Origin: Octopus vulgaris
Taxonomy: Eukaryota
Assembly (NCBI GenBank): GCA_951406725.2
Contig: OX597815.1
Span: 160,952,001 to 161,016,000, forward strand
DNA length: 64,000 bases
Reading direction: 5' to 3'
Under the pieces are notes generated by a model that saw only the letters and a program-made list of their open reading frames with translations, was not told the origin of the DNA and did not search any database. Of the stretch, positions 25,639-39,170 are shown piece by piece (the stretch's first letter is position 1; each line of letters opens with the position of its first letter). The position numbers were made by a program, and so were the translations under genes.

Positions 25639-28269
25639 ATATGGAAATATAGATGCATACTTTGCATGTATTCAGAAAAGAATGTATATAATCAAAATAC
25701 ATATACAGATTCCTTCACATATAAGTGATGGCATGTGTCACAGGAATTAGGTTGCTATGCTTGTGGTCATATGGTTGCTGGACAAGTAATACATTGCAGT
25801 CTTGGGTAAGATGATTCATTATGCATCGCTTCAATTCATTCAGCTGAAAATGAGTACCAACAACAGCTCAAGTTCAACAGCCCAGTGTTAACTCTGCAAT
25901 GGATTTGGTGTCCCTTTCAGTGGTGTATCTGGTACACTTTGTCATTTACATGTCATGGAAACTAAAATAATCTCCAGCCTAATGACCATGTATGCTCAAG
26001 ACAGACTTTTCAAATCTGTCGTATGTTGTTGATATCCAGTAAGGAAGTGGTCCCCTACCCTTTTTTTGCACCATGGGCTATGGTCTTTCATGCAAAACAG
26101 TTTTTTTCCAGACCTGTGGAACCATGCATATAACAAAATACAATAAATTCAATAATATATAATTTATGAAAACAAGAAAACAGGTAACAAAAAGTATGTT
26201 ACATAATCCCATATATTGGTGCAGATATGTAGTCGACCAGTTTGTTCTACTTCCTTGCTTTGAAAACCTGACATACAATATCATACACTCTACACCTATC
26301 AGTGGAACACATATCATCCTATCCATCATCTAGTGCTTCCTTTAATTGTTCCTTTGAAGGTATATGGAAACTCCTGCTGGTCTTTGTGCAGCAGAGGTAT
26401 GTCACACATTGTTTATTCTTTAACAAATCTTTCAAGCAAAGAGGTACTTTTATTTGTAACTTACTACTGCTATGTTTCTTCCTTTGATTAGATTCAACCC
26501 TTGCCTAAAATCCTCTTTTGCTCGATAGCAAAGGAGTTGCTTTAATAAGTTTTATTAGTATCATATGAGTTTGAATTGTTGCTGTTGTTGTTAGTACTTT
26601 TATTTAACTCATGTAAGTTTATGTTTTCAAATATCAGATCATTATTATCTATGTTTATGAAGGTTGCCAATTTTTATGTTTCTTTTTTGTAAATTCTATT
26701 CTGCTTATCTTATTTTTCTAAATTTTTGTGCATTCAAAATTTAATTCATTTTGATAGGTATATCCATATCCATTACTTCTTTCTTTGTTTTTAGCACTTA
26801 CTCCTCCATTAGTAGAAGTCATTTTGAATACACTGTAAATACAAAAAACACTTTCAGACTAAATAAAATAATGCCTGCAAGTAAGATCATTTTGCTCTAC
26901 CATGGTATTAGATCATCCGCACATTTCAAAGTTCCCTGTTTGCAAAATAATCCAGAAAAGAAAAATCTTCATCCAGTAAACTTGATAATAATCAAGTTGT
27001 CTTGGAGCAGTTTGAAAATACATTCATTCATGCCAAAACACAACAATTTAACAACATCAATAACAACAACAGTAGTAATTGTAACAACATTGGGAGTTAT
27101 TGTATTTAGATTTGTTTTCACATGCAATATCCACATTTATTCCATCAATCTCAAGCCAAGATCTCTGTCCCATTCCATCTGATTAATGGGATATCTTCTA
27201 TAGTGCTGTCAATTTCTCCAGTTTAGGGGATTTGTTTGGTTTGCAATTAAAGAAAGTTTCCTTCCATTTCTTGTACTTCTGTTTCTTGTCAATCTGAAAA
27301 AGAATTATATACAAATATACAAATATATTCTCTTTAACCGTTTCTTGTCAAAAACTCTAGTAATTGTACACAGGGGTTTTAAATAATGCAGAAGAAGAAT
27401 CTTTAAAGGTGTTATGGTAAGAGCTGCTTATCTATAAAACCAGTTATGTTCCTTATAGCTTTTTCCAATACTACACTAGCTCTGGAGGTTGATATGTATC
27501 TCTCAGATTTATTTACCCTTTTGTTACCATATTTCTGTTGAAATACACTGCCTTTGTTTCAATTAATTTTGAAAATAATGAAGAATCTATTGATATTATC
27601 AATCTGGTAGTTTGCAACATAAATCAACATGAAATTCTGAAAGAATGTTATAATTTAGATCACTTCAAAACAGAAAGTTTGTATCATAAAACCTGGGGCA
27701 GTCTCAGGTGGGCTGGTATTGAAAGGATCAGAATTGTACCTAAAATTTCCTTTATCACAATTCTAAATCAATTTAAAGGTCATCAAACACTGAATTAAAA
27801 CAGACAGGATAGTTAGGATAGACATTCCCACAAACTTTCCCAAATATGATATGAAGTTAAAATTCCTTGTGGAAAGAGGAAATAGGTATTTCCCAACAAC
27901 TATCAGTCTCAAACATAACCGTTACAAACTAATGTTTTTGTTCCTACATCTATCCTAAGGACAAATCAATTATTTTTCCTTGTTTATTTTGTTGCTAATG
28001 TAAAGAGCCTGCTGCTCTAAATCTGCTAGTTGAATACCACAGTGCCATTCACACTTTGCACAGTGCCATCTATCCTCTCCTGGGCACCTATTTTGTGCCT
28101 TCTCTTTCACTAACAACTATCTTACTTTTACTTGTTACAGTCATTGGACTGTGACCATGCTGGGGAATCACCTTGCAGCATATAAGTGGAATAATTTGAC
28201 CCCAGTATTTATTTTGTCTTAAAGTTATGGGGATGTAAGCAAACTAACTCTGATTGTCAAACAGTGGTG

Positions 28270-28348
28270 TTATATATATATATATATCTTTATCTATCTA
28301 CCTACCCATCGATCTATCTATATCTATCTATCAATATTTATCTATCTA

Positions 28349-28397
<49 letters not shown>

Positions 28398-28490
28398 GCC
28401 TGCCTGCCTGCCTGTCCGTCTGTCTGTCTGTCTCTATCTATCTATATCTCTCTATCTATATCTTTATCTCTCAATTTGTCTGTCTGTTTT
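28270..28490. repeat. (TA)n/(TATC)n/(TGCC)n/(TGTC)n compound microsatellite inside a family-B SINE
   Basis: Directly visible. Confidence 0.9.
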
Positions 28491-29136
28491 TATGTACATA
28501 TACAACAAGCCTCTTTCAGTTTCCTTCTATCAAATCCCTTTACAAAGCTTTGATCAGTCTGAGACCATAGTAGAAGACACTAGGCCAAAGTGTTATACTG
28601 TCTAATCTTTCTTCCCAAGAATGTCAATGTTCCAGTATTTATTTTATGCCATCGTTTGTCTTAGAGATGTTATCAACTTGTAGATATTCTAACTGAACAT
28701 TGCTCATATCTCACCTGTCTTGAAGGGTCTGCAAAGGTTATAAGCATTGCCCCTTCTTCCTGACTAAGTCATTAAAAAAAACAGTCACAACAAGGCTTGC
28801 CATTCTGCTTCTGTGATAAATACACTGTCCCAAAGTTAAAATTAAAATCATGTGATACCAGCCAGTATCTTAGGAAGAAGATATAAATTTAATTAAATGA
28901 AGATTTTATGCATCCTAGACTTCAACAGAATCTAAATAAAAGGAAACGATCTGCATTCTTCAATGAATTAATGATGAGAAGCTGCTGATTTGGCTAAAAA
29001 TGTGTTGTACAGAATGTTCAGGGTTATCTAGCTTTGCTGAGAATGATAAAAGCTGCAGAATACATTGATCAGATGTTTTCAAAGCAATTCAGTAATGATC
29101 AATATATTGCAAATATTCCTAAAATCATATGCGAAA

Positions 29137-29190
<54 letters not shown>

Positions 29191-31626
29191 TTTTTTACTT
29201 TATTTTATTTATTTATTTATTTGGAGAGAGAATCAGAATAAAAACCTCAGAACTGAGAATGAGATTAAAATAATACTAAATATGTGCTAGAGACCGAAGG
29301 TCTGAATTATTTCTCAATTACTGTTTATTTTAGATATTCTCCTGCATGGCTGAATAATGTCAAAATTACATTAGTCACATGTTTGAATTAAAGCCAATTT
29401 AATTTGATTTGCTATCTAGTTTATATTCTCACAAACATATTTTAACATAAATACATAAGCACTAGGAAGTATGAACATACTAGTCTCCTAACCAAGAGAT
29501 TAATGATTCAAAATTACCCACAAATAATGCATTGATTCATTAAATGAAATACTCCATAGAGAACAAAAATTACTGCTCTTGATTTATTGTACAGTTTCTA
29601 CAATATGACGTTAGATAATTAACTTTACCATAAAATCAATGCTTAAAATACTACTTGCAAATATTTGTATTTGTTGAACTGACCAACATTTTAGCATTAT
29701 TCATTTGATAAAGTTAATTTTTTAAGGCTGTGGGAACTCATACGAGGGAGATTTAGCTGTTGCTTCGATTAGAGTGTGTGATCATGTTAGAGCTTATTCC
29801 TTAATTCATTTAGTCTTTGTAAATAAGAGTGATGATGTGAATTTAGTATAGAGACTATAAACTCGTTGACTCATTGATTAAAAAGTGGGGATGTAGTCAA
29901 GAATGTGTGCATGTGTATGCGTGTGTGTGTTTGTGTGTGTGTGTATGGGTGCTGAACTACCCAAGATATATTAGTAGCAGTGTAATGTTGATTGCACTTG
30001 AGTTTATGGACAATCAATAGTTGAGATCATGATTGAAATATTTTCTGATACTGGCAAGGAAGCCTACATATTAGAGCATAGTTCTCTCAAATTAGTCACC
30101 ATAAAGAATCATCAGAGATTTTGATGTATAGCATTTGTAAAATTTGTGTTGGTTTTTAGTTGTTGCTGCAAAACTCTGATCAGTTATCCTAATGAAACAA
30201 ACATAGAGCATGGAGGTAACAGCTATGTGAAATCTATAATTCTATTACTCTAAGCATGCTGTACTTTAGTCTGATAAAGGACTTAATCATACATTCGAGA
30301 ATGCAGATTTTTATTGTATGATATTCTGTTGGGGCATGCTGCAGTTTCTATACTATTTAATTTGTCTATGTATCTTTCTAGATTCTGATGAGACTCATAG
30401 GAGAGGTGATTAAGTTAGGCTTAATCACAATGTTGATGTTATTGACATTGTTGGTGCTATTTTTGTACATATGTGGTTGTTACATTACTCTGTTCTGTGT
30501 GGATGAATAAGTTTTCTTCATATGTAGATGTTTCATAATACTTACAGTGTTTGACCTACAGGTGTGTATGCATAAGAACTTTCAGCAACAAAATCTTTTT
30601 CTCCTGGTATGTTCAGGTGCTCTGTCATCCTGGAGTATTTTTGATTTTATTTTAGTAATCTTTAAGGTGGTGAGCGGGCAGAATCGTTAGCATACCAAGC
30701 AAAATGCCTAGCAACATTTCGTCCCTTTTAACATTTTGAGTTCAAATTCTGCTGGGGTTGGTTTTGTCTTTCATCCTTTCAGGATCGATAAAATTAGTAC
30801 CAATTGAGTACTGGGATCGATATAATCGACTAGCCCACTCACCTTAAATTTCAGGCCTTGTGCCTATAGTAGAAAGGATTTTAGTAATCAGTGACAAGGA
30901 TCTGTAAGAAATCTGTTGTGATGCCAAATGTAGTATTTTGTTCTATTTGCAGTTTGTTGTAATTTATTTTAAAAAAGATTGAAGCCTAAGCAGGACTAAC
31001 ATTATCCAACATAGATCAGATATACAGGGTGTGACAGAAAGACCTCCCATATGTTATATGATCATTGGTATGGTATGAGTAAAGTTGGCAGTGAGCTGGC
31101 AAAATCGTTAGCACGCTGGACGAAATGCTTAGCAGTATTTCACCTGTCGCTACGTTCTGAATTCAAATTCTGCCAAGATTGACTTTGCCTTTCATCCTTT
31201 CGGGGTCGATTAAATAAGTACCAGTAATGTACTGGGGTTGATGAAATCAACTATCCCCCTCCTCCAAATTTCAGTCTTTGTGCCAATAGTAGGAAGGATA
31301 AGTAAAGTAGGGCTGGTGATAACAGTGTCTTCATGCAGATAATGGTTTATTGTTTCTGTGTAGTTACAATCATAGTTTGGAGAGGTGCACACTGTGAATT
31401 TGCTGTTGAAATATATATCAAGAATGGTGAATCTGATTTTTTGGGGGAGCTGAGGGGCTTGTTTGTTTTTGCTGCACTCTGTATTGATTGCATACAAAAG
31501 GTAAAATGGAAAATGTTTTAAAATGAAAAAGAAGATAGTTTTAGATTTTAGTTGTGAAGTTTTTGTGAGCTGAGAAAAGATGTTGTCTGCTTCCTAAATG
31601 AGTAAAAGGGTATTGGTTTTCTTTAA

Positions 31627-31885
31627 CCCTTTCACTGTAAAATTAGATTTCATGATTTTCCAGTAACAGTGTTAAATCTCTTCAAAACAATTCAAGAAAT
31701 AGAATGATATTTTCTGCTATTTTCTGCAAATCATGTTGCCTCAGTAAACTTGATATATCTCAACAGAAAATAGTTTCAGACATGACATTCCTCAACAAAA
31801 GATAGGTAGGTATATCAAATTGATTTCTGCAGCTAAGGGGTAATGAAATTTTGGGTGGATATATCTGATTTCTGCAGTAAAAGGG
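31627..31885. mobile_element. TTAA-flanked MITE (piggyBac-like)
   Basis: TTAA-CCCTTTCACTG ... CAGTAAAAGGG-TTAA. Confidence 0.75.
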
Positions 31886-34065
31886 TTAAGAAGACTAAGT
31901 TGTAATTTCTTTATCCTATGATGTTTTTAAGACTTATGCTCATTGATGAGTAAATGTAGTATAAGGGGTTTTATTTTGGGTGAATGATGCCTGTATATAT
32001 AAGTGGTATTATTCCCAAAGGACTGTGCAGTGTTTGGCACTAACTGTAATATTATTGATCAGAAGGTGCAATAAAAGAGAGCTTGCCATGAGACGTATCA
32101 TAACCAAGTTTATAGAACGTGTTTGAGAAAATACTGTATGTAGGTGCTGTAATTAACCTGTTTGGCAAGAATTTATCAGTCCAAGAGATATAAAATGGCT
32201 AGACTGGCAATTTACCATGCAGTTTCTTCTGTCATATATGTTTGAAGACTTTGATGATGACAGGAGCAAAATATAGCTTTTGTCAAAGTTCTAAAGAGTC
32301 AGAAACAGTTGGTGTGTAATATTGTAATATCATATCAGGACTACAAGCTAGCAGAATCATTAGAATGCCGGGCAAAATGCTTAGTAGCATTTCATCTGTC
32401 TTTACATTCAGCATTCAAATTCTGCTGAGGTTGACTTTGCCTTTCATCCTTTTGGAGTGAATAAAGTAAGTACCAATTGATTATTGAGGGTCAATGTAAT
32501 CAACTAGCTTTCTTCCCAAACCTGGATGGCCTTGTACCAAAATTTCTTTATGGAAACTACACATATTGTCAACCATAGAGCCACGATAAAGGTGAGCAGT
32601 TATGACTGTTTCCTCTGTATTTAAGATGTTAGAATGGAGTGAAATAATTTGATTGTTGAGTAAGTTTAGCTATTTTGAAGACAGGACACCTTTGGCTCTT
32701 GAGTTCCTTTAGACCAGTGATACTCAACGATTTTACTTCTATAGACCCTATTGGTTACTATTTTATTTTGGTAGACCCCCATAACCATTTGATGTTTGAA
32801 AACTAATTTTATAGATATTTCTTTCAAAATTCCTGTCTTGTTCATCCCATGTTAACTTGCATAGGTTGAACTGCATAAAATGTTTGAGAAAGAAACCTAA
32901 TCTATAGCAAACTGTTTTCATGAACCCTCAAAATGATACTGTGGATTATTTTGCTTAAGTGAACCCACCAGATCTGGTTTTCACATGCATAGGTAGTTAA
33001 GGCCTAACTCAGCTGTTACATACCCATTGGCTATCCTCACCTATGTGTGTGTATGTGTGTGTGTGAAGTGGTTTGCTGAGGTGTGCCCGCCATCATATAC
33101 AAACAGCTACTTGGAGCTAGTGGGAATTTAGGTCCCAGGTGGAGACCAGCATGGAAAAACTACCCCTAAGAATACAAAGTATTCCTCTGTCAAAATTGCT
33201 ACCCCTCCCTCACACCCCATACACTTCTACTACTGTATTCCCATCAAAAATTCTAAGGCAACAGCATCACCATCAAGCTTCACATCTCTGCTTGTGAATT
33301 AATTTGGCAGATTTTATGTGGTTACCCAACATCCTAGAAATAGGCACCAAATATCCTTCATGTCACAACATGTCTTTAAAATGAAAAGAACAGCACACTA
33401 TATTGTGTGTAGTATGTAAAATTTACAACCTTACTTTTAACTATTTGTTAATAAAATTTTATTCAATAAATCTGTAATCTATCTTTATTATATTATTAAA
33501 TTTTTCACCGGTGTTTATAATTTTTTTTTTAAATGCTTTTTGTCGGAGTCACCAGTTTATATAGTGGAAGTGTTCTGGTTGGTTTGTTTACTGTTAGTGT
33601 AACACTACTTGTGTAATCCAGACTACATTATGTCTACAGAATGAAGCTAGTATAGTCACAGCAGAAATGTCTTTAATCAGATTGTACTCAATCTGGATCA
33701 ACATGAAGCTAAACAGTAACATCTCTGCTTATTCATAAAACCCATTTCTTTTATCTTTTATCTTTTACTTGCTTTAGTTATTAGATTACAGCCATGCTGG
33801 AGCACTATCTTGAAGAATTTTTAGTCAAATTTTTGTTTAGCCTGGTATTTATTCTATCAATCTCTGTTGTTGAACTGCTATGTTATGAGGACATAAACAC
33901 ACCAATACAAATTGTCAAATGGTAGTGGGTGACAAACACAGACACAAACACACACTCTTACGCACACACACACATATGATGGGCTTCTTTCAGTTTCTGT
34001 TTACCAGATTCTCTCACAAGGCTTTGATCAGCCCGAGGCTATAGTGGAAGTCACTTGCCCAAGGT

Positions 34066-34374
34066 TGCTGCTGTTTGTTCCTTCTTGAACCATGCCTGGC
34101 TCATAAGGGCCGGTTTCCTGGTTTCATTGGCATATAGGTTCCCCACCTGGACGGGACGTCGGTCCGTCACAGGTGAGCTGCTAGATGCAGGATGAAAGAG
34201 TGATAGAAAGTTGTGGTGAAAGAGTCAGCAGAAGTTCGCCGTTACATTCTGCCAGGGCCATGTGGATCTTAGGTTTTTCGCTCATAAACACACACATCAC
34301 CCGGTCTGAGATTTGAACACGTGACCCCTCAGCCGTGAGTCCACTGCTCTAACCACTAGGCCATGTGCCTGCAT
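34066..34374 (-). mobile_element. tRNA-derived SINE, family D, nested in a family-B SINE with 13-bp TSD
   Basis: TSD acttgcccaaggt at 34053-34065 and 34375-34387; tRNA-like head on minus strand (ggcctagtggttagagcagtggac..gttcaaatc); related copy at 46525-46833(-), also inside a family-B SINE. Confidence 0.85.
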
Positions 34375-35165
34375 ACTTGCCCAAGGTATCACATAGTGGC
34401 ACTGAACCTGGAACCATGTGGTTGGGAAGCAAGCCTCTTACCACACAGCCACACTTGTGCCAATGAAAAAAAGAAAAATGCTTCTTTTTTTTATGTCTTC
34501 ATCGTAGTTGTTGTTGTTGATAATTTTACTCACTCCTGTTTGTTTCCCCTCTACTTCCTGACTTGCAATTTGAAGCCAAAGTTTTTCACTATGAGATACA
34601 CTATGTTCAATGGCTTATTGATTTTAACCTATTTGTATTCAATATCTTTCGAATTTGTTGATTTTATAGTTATAGTTTCTTTATTCTTTAGAATCATCAC
34701 CTAAATTGTTTAGTTTGTTTACTCTTGGTGTTTTGTATATATATTTTTATAGCTGTTTGTTTTGTTTTCTTCTGCCGTTGTTTATTTATGTGTTTGTTTT
34801 CACTCCTCTTACTCTGCTCCCTCTTCTATGTTCAGATTAAATATTTCCTGTCATTATTACTACCAAAGCCAGTATCTTCTTCATTAAGTTCTTCACCGAC
34901 AAACACTGCCACTCTAGCTAGTGATAAGTTCTCATTCTGATATTCTTATCGTGATCTTAACACTAATTTCAACAAAGAAATAAATGAATAAAAATGATAA
35001 ATAAAAAAATCTGTTATGAAAAAATATCTTTAACAGGTTTTTCAACCTCCTCTCTTGGCACTCACCACTTATATTCAAATCTGCTTGCATATAATCATTT
35101 ATTCATACACATAAATATATGCCTATAGGCAGTAATATATGTACAAGTATGCAGTCACACAAATG

Positions 35166-35197
<32 letters not shown>

Positions 35198-36234
35198 TAT
35201 GCATTAATATACATACATGCAACTGTACATATGTATAAATCTATTCAAATACACACACACAAACACACATATATTCATAAATACATATGCATATTTATAT
35301 TCACAGGCACCTACTTTTATGTAGTTATGCAGGCATCCAAACATGCTTTTAGGCAGACGCATATTTGCACAGATGCAGACCTATGCATATATGCAAACAT
35401 ATATGCAGATATATGCATATAGGCAGACACACATATATGCATATATTCAAACGCATACATATGCATATCTGCAGACAGATTTGTGTTGAAGTAGTGTATT
35501 TTGTTATTTATACAGTTTAGCCCCTGGCCAGACCTGGCTGAGCACACCAATAAGCAATAGTATTCCAGCACTGATCATCTTCCCATTTTTTCAGACATAG
35601 TGCATCTAAAAATATATTTACTTTTCAAGATAGTAGGTGTGATTTTAAGAAGATTTGGTTGTTGTTTTAAGCAAGTATAGCCAAGAACATAACACCCTTA
35701 TTTACTCAAGATAACATTGATGATCATGCTAGTTGTCATATTGTTATTACTTAACTCCTGGTTAAGGCAGCAAACTGGCAAAATTGTTAGCATGCTGGGT
35801 AAAAAGCTCAGCAGCATTTCCTCCATCTTTACATTCTGAGTTCAAATTCTACCAAGGTCAATTTTCCTTTCATCCTTTCAGGGTCAATGAATTAAATAAC
35901 AGTGACTCACTGGGGGTCAATGTAATTGACTTGTACTCTCCCCCAAAATTTCAAGCCTTGCATATATAGTACAAAAGATTATTAGTATTGTTATTACTGT
36001 GTCAGCAATGAGCTGACTCAGTCATAATTCAAAGACAAAATGCTTAGCAGCATTTTATCCAGCTCTCTATATTTTGAGTTCAATTTTGCCAAGGTCAGCT
36101 TTGCCATTCATCCTATAGGGCCATAAAGTACAGTTCCATGCTGGTATTTAGCTAATACCCGTCAGTCAAAATTGCTATACCAAAATTTGTAAAGAATTAT
36201 TATTATTTTTATTTTTATTAAGGCAGTGAGCTGA

Positions 36235-37073
36235 CAGATCCCTAATGTTCCAGGAAACCCCAGTTTAGAAATACTACATTTAGATTATAATTTTATTGCA
36301 CCAGAATGACCTGGAGTTAAATCATTTCAAATTTTGGCACAGGGTCGGCATGTTTTGGGGAGGGCGTAAGTTGATTACATCAACCCCAGTACTCAACTGG
36401 TATTTATTTTATCGATCCCAAAAGGATGCAATGCAAAGTGACCTTGGCAGAATTTGTACTCATGACATGCTACTAAGTATTTCACTGTTATCTTGAGTAA
36501 ATAAGGTCATTGAGGTCGATTTTGCATTTCATCCTTTTGGAATCAATAAAATAGGCATCATTTGAGAATTGGGGCTGATGTAATCAACTTAATCCCTCCT
36601 CCAAACTTACTGGCTTGTGCATCATCATCATCATCATCATTATCATGATCATCATCACCACCATCATCATCATTTAACATCCGTTGTCCATTCTGGCATG
36701 GGTTGGATGGTTTGGCTGAGCTGGCATGCTGGAAGACTGCACCAGACTCTTGTCTGATTTGGCATGTTTTTTTTTATGGCAGGATGCCCTTCCTAACACC
36801 AACCGCTCCATGAGTGCAATGGGTGCTTTTACTTGCCACCAGCATGGGTGCCAATTTGCATGGCACTGGTATCTGCCATGACTGCAATTTTGCTCAGCTT
36901 GATAGGTCTTCTTCTCAAGCATGATGTAATACCAATGGTCTTGGTCATTGCCTCTATGAGGCTCAACACTTAAAAGGAACGAAATCATTAACTCCAGGTC
37001 ATCCTGGTGAAACAAACTTATAATCTAAATGCTGCATTTCCAAACTGGGGCTTCCCAGAACATTAGGGATCTG
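36235..37073. repeat. About 93-bp diverged inverted repeat pair (36235-36328 / 36981-37073)
   Basis: cagatccctaatgttc..ccccagttt.gaaat..catttagattataa..caccag.atgacctggagttaa..atttc occurs on opposite strands. Confidence 0.9.
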
Positions 37074-38756
37074 CAAGAGGTAGCTAAGGAGGGGGTCCAT
37101 AAAAAATAGTGATAAAAATGTTATTTGTATTGAAATGCACAGTTCACTTCAGTGGGATTTGAATTGGAATAAAATACAGCTTGGTATTTTGTCCAGTAAT
37201 AATAAATATTTTCTATTATTGGCATGAGGCCTGAAATTTTGAGTAAAGGGCTACTCAATTACATTGACCTCAGTGTTCAAATGGTAATTATTTTATCAGC
37301 CTCAAAAGGATGAAATGCAATGTCAATCTCAGTGGTTTGAACTCAGAACATAAAAAACAGAGAAAATTCTTGCTAAGCAATATATCCAGTGCACTAATGA
37401 GTCTGCCAGTTCACTGCCTCATAATAATGGTTTCAAATTTTGGCACAAAGCCAGCAATTTTGGGGAAAGGTATAAGTCGATTACATCGACTCCAATAGTC
37501 AACTGGTACTTATTTTATCAACCCTGAAAGAGCGAAAGGCAAGTCAACTTTGTCAGAATTTGAACACAGAATATAAGGACACACAAAATATCGCTACACA
37601 TTTTGCCTGGTGTGCTAATAATTCTGTCAAGCTCACCATCTCAATAATACTAATAATAATAATAATAATATATATATATATAAATTTTATCTAGTTTCAG
37701 CTCACAAGCTGTGGCCATGCTGAGGCACCGCCATTATGATGATAATAATAATAATGATATTATCATAATGATGATAATAATAATAATAATAATAATAATA
37801 TTAATAATAATAACAATCCTTTCTACAAGGGAGAGGACTAGTCGATTACATCGACCCAATGTTTCACTGATGTTTATTGTATCAATCCTGAGAGGATGAA
37901 AGGTAAAGTCGACTTTGTCAGAATTTGAACACAGGACATAAAGACAGACAACATGCTGCTTAGCATTTTGCCCAGCATGCTAATGATTCTGCCAGCTCAA
38001 TACCTCATAATAATGATGATGATGATGATAAAAAATAATTATGACTATAATGATTTTTTTTTTATATTTACCTCTACCTAAATCAATACTATTATTTCCA
38101 CAACATAAATACCATTACAAACTATCTTTGGTACCATTTTTACCAGCGACTATTATCTGCTGCATCCCAGTACCAGAATCAATACTACTACTACTGCTGC
38201 TGCTCCCTAATATTCTATCCATCATTACTACCATTGCAGCTACTACTGCTATTTCAACTACTAATGATGATGATGGTGGTAGGGAGGAGGAGGAGAAGGA
38301 GGATGATGCAAAATGAGCTGCTGCTGTTGCAGCTGCTAGTTTCATTCCTTTTACCACTTGTACTAACACTGTTTACAGCTCACCAAAAACAACTTCCCTC
38401 TCCTTCAGTGCAAATTTATTGGCAGAATAAGGAATTGATTTCTTTAGGTCTAAAGTAATAATTACCAGTTTCTAATTTGAAGAAAGATGGAAGCAGACTA
38501 ATTCTAAGAAGTCGGGAAAAAGCAACAACAACAAAAACAAAAGAAAAGAAAAAAAAATCCACAAAAAATGCAGCAAAACTTTTGTTAATTCAAGACCCAT
38601 TTTCATAAATAACTAACCAATATCATATCCAAAACACAATGTTTTTATAGGCCCCTGAGGGAAGCCTCTACATGGTTACTTTGTCTATTAGAAATAGCAG
38701 CAAAATTTCTTTCTTTCAAATCACATTCTAGCATCTTAAATAAGGAAAGTATCGAC

Positions 38757-39170
38757 TTACTCTCTCTTTTACTTGTTTCAGTAATTTGACTGCGGCCATG
38801 CTGGAGCACCACCTTTAATCGAGCAACTCGACCCCGGGACTTATTCTTTGTAAGCCCAGTACTTATTCTATTGGTCTCTTTTGCCGAACCGCTAAGTGAC
38901 GGGGACATAAACACACCAGCATCGGTTGTCAAGCAATGCTAGGGGGACAAATGCAGACACACAAACACACACGCACATATATATATATATATATATATAC
39001 ATATATACGATGGGCTTCTTTCAGTTTCCGTCTACCAAATCCACTCACAAGTCTTTGGTCGGCCCGAGGCTATAGTAGAAGACACTTGCCCAAGGTGCCA
39101 CGCAGTGGGACTGAACCCGGAACCATGTGGTTAGTAAGCAAGCTACTTACCACACAGCCACACCTGTGCC
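38757..39170 (-). mobile_element. tRNA-derived SINE, family B (young, CpG-retaining representative)
   Basis: Head gtggctgtgtggtaag..gggttcagtcccactgcgtggcaccttgggcaagtgtcttc, internal (TA)n/(TG)n; other copies at about 3725-4116, 6595-6978, 12280-12700, 20610-21040(+), 33760-34460, 43885-44310(+), 46278-46990(+), 48170-48540, 59530-59900. Confidence 0.88.

Noticed and set aside
30385-30430. CTGATGA followed by hairpins
   Set aside because: No GAAA and no stem I partner
30450-32330. Possible very old minus-strand retroelement fragmented by SINEs and a MITE
   Set aside because: Only vague peptide hints (RMTEH, ENLFIH); no diagnostic motif
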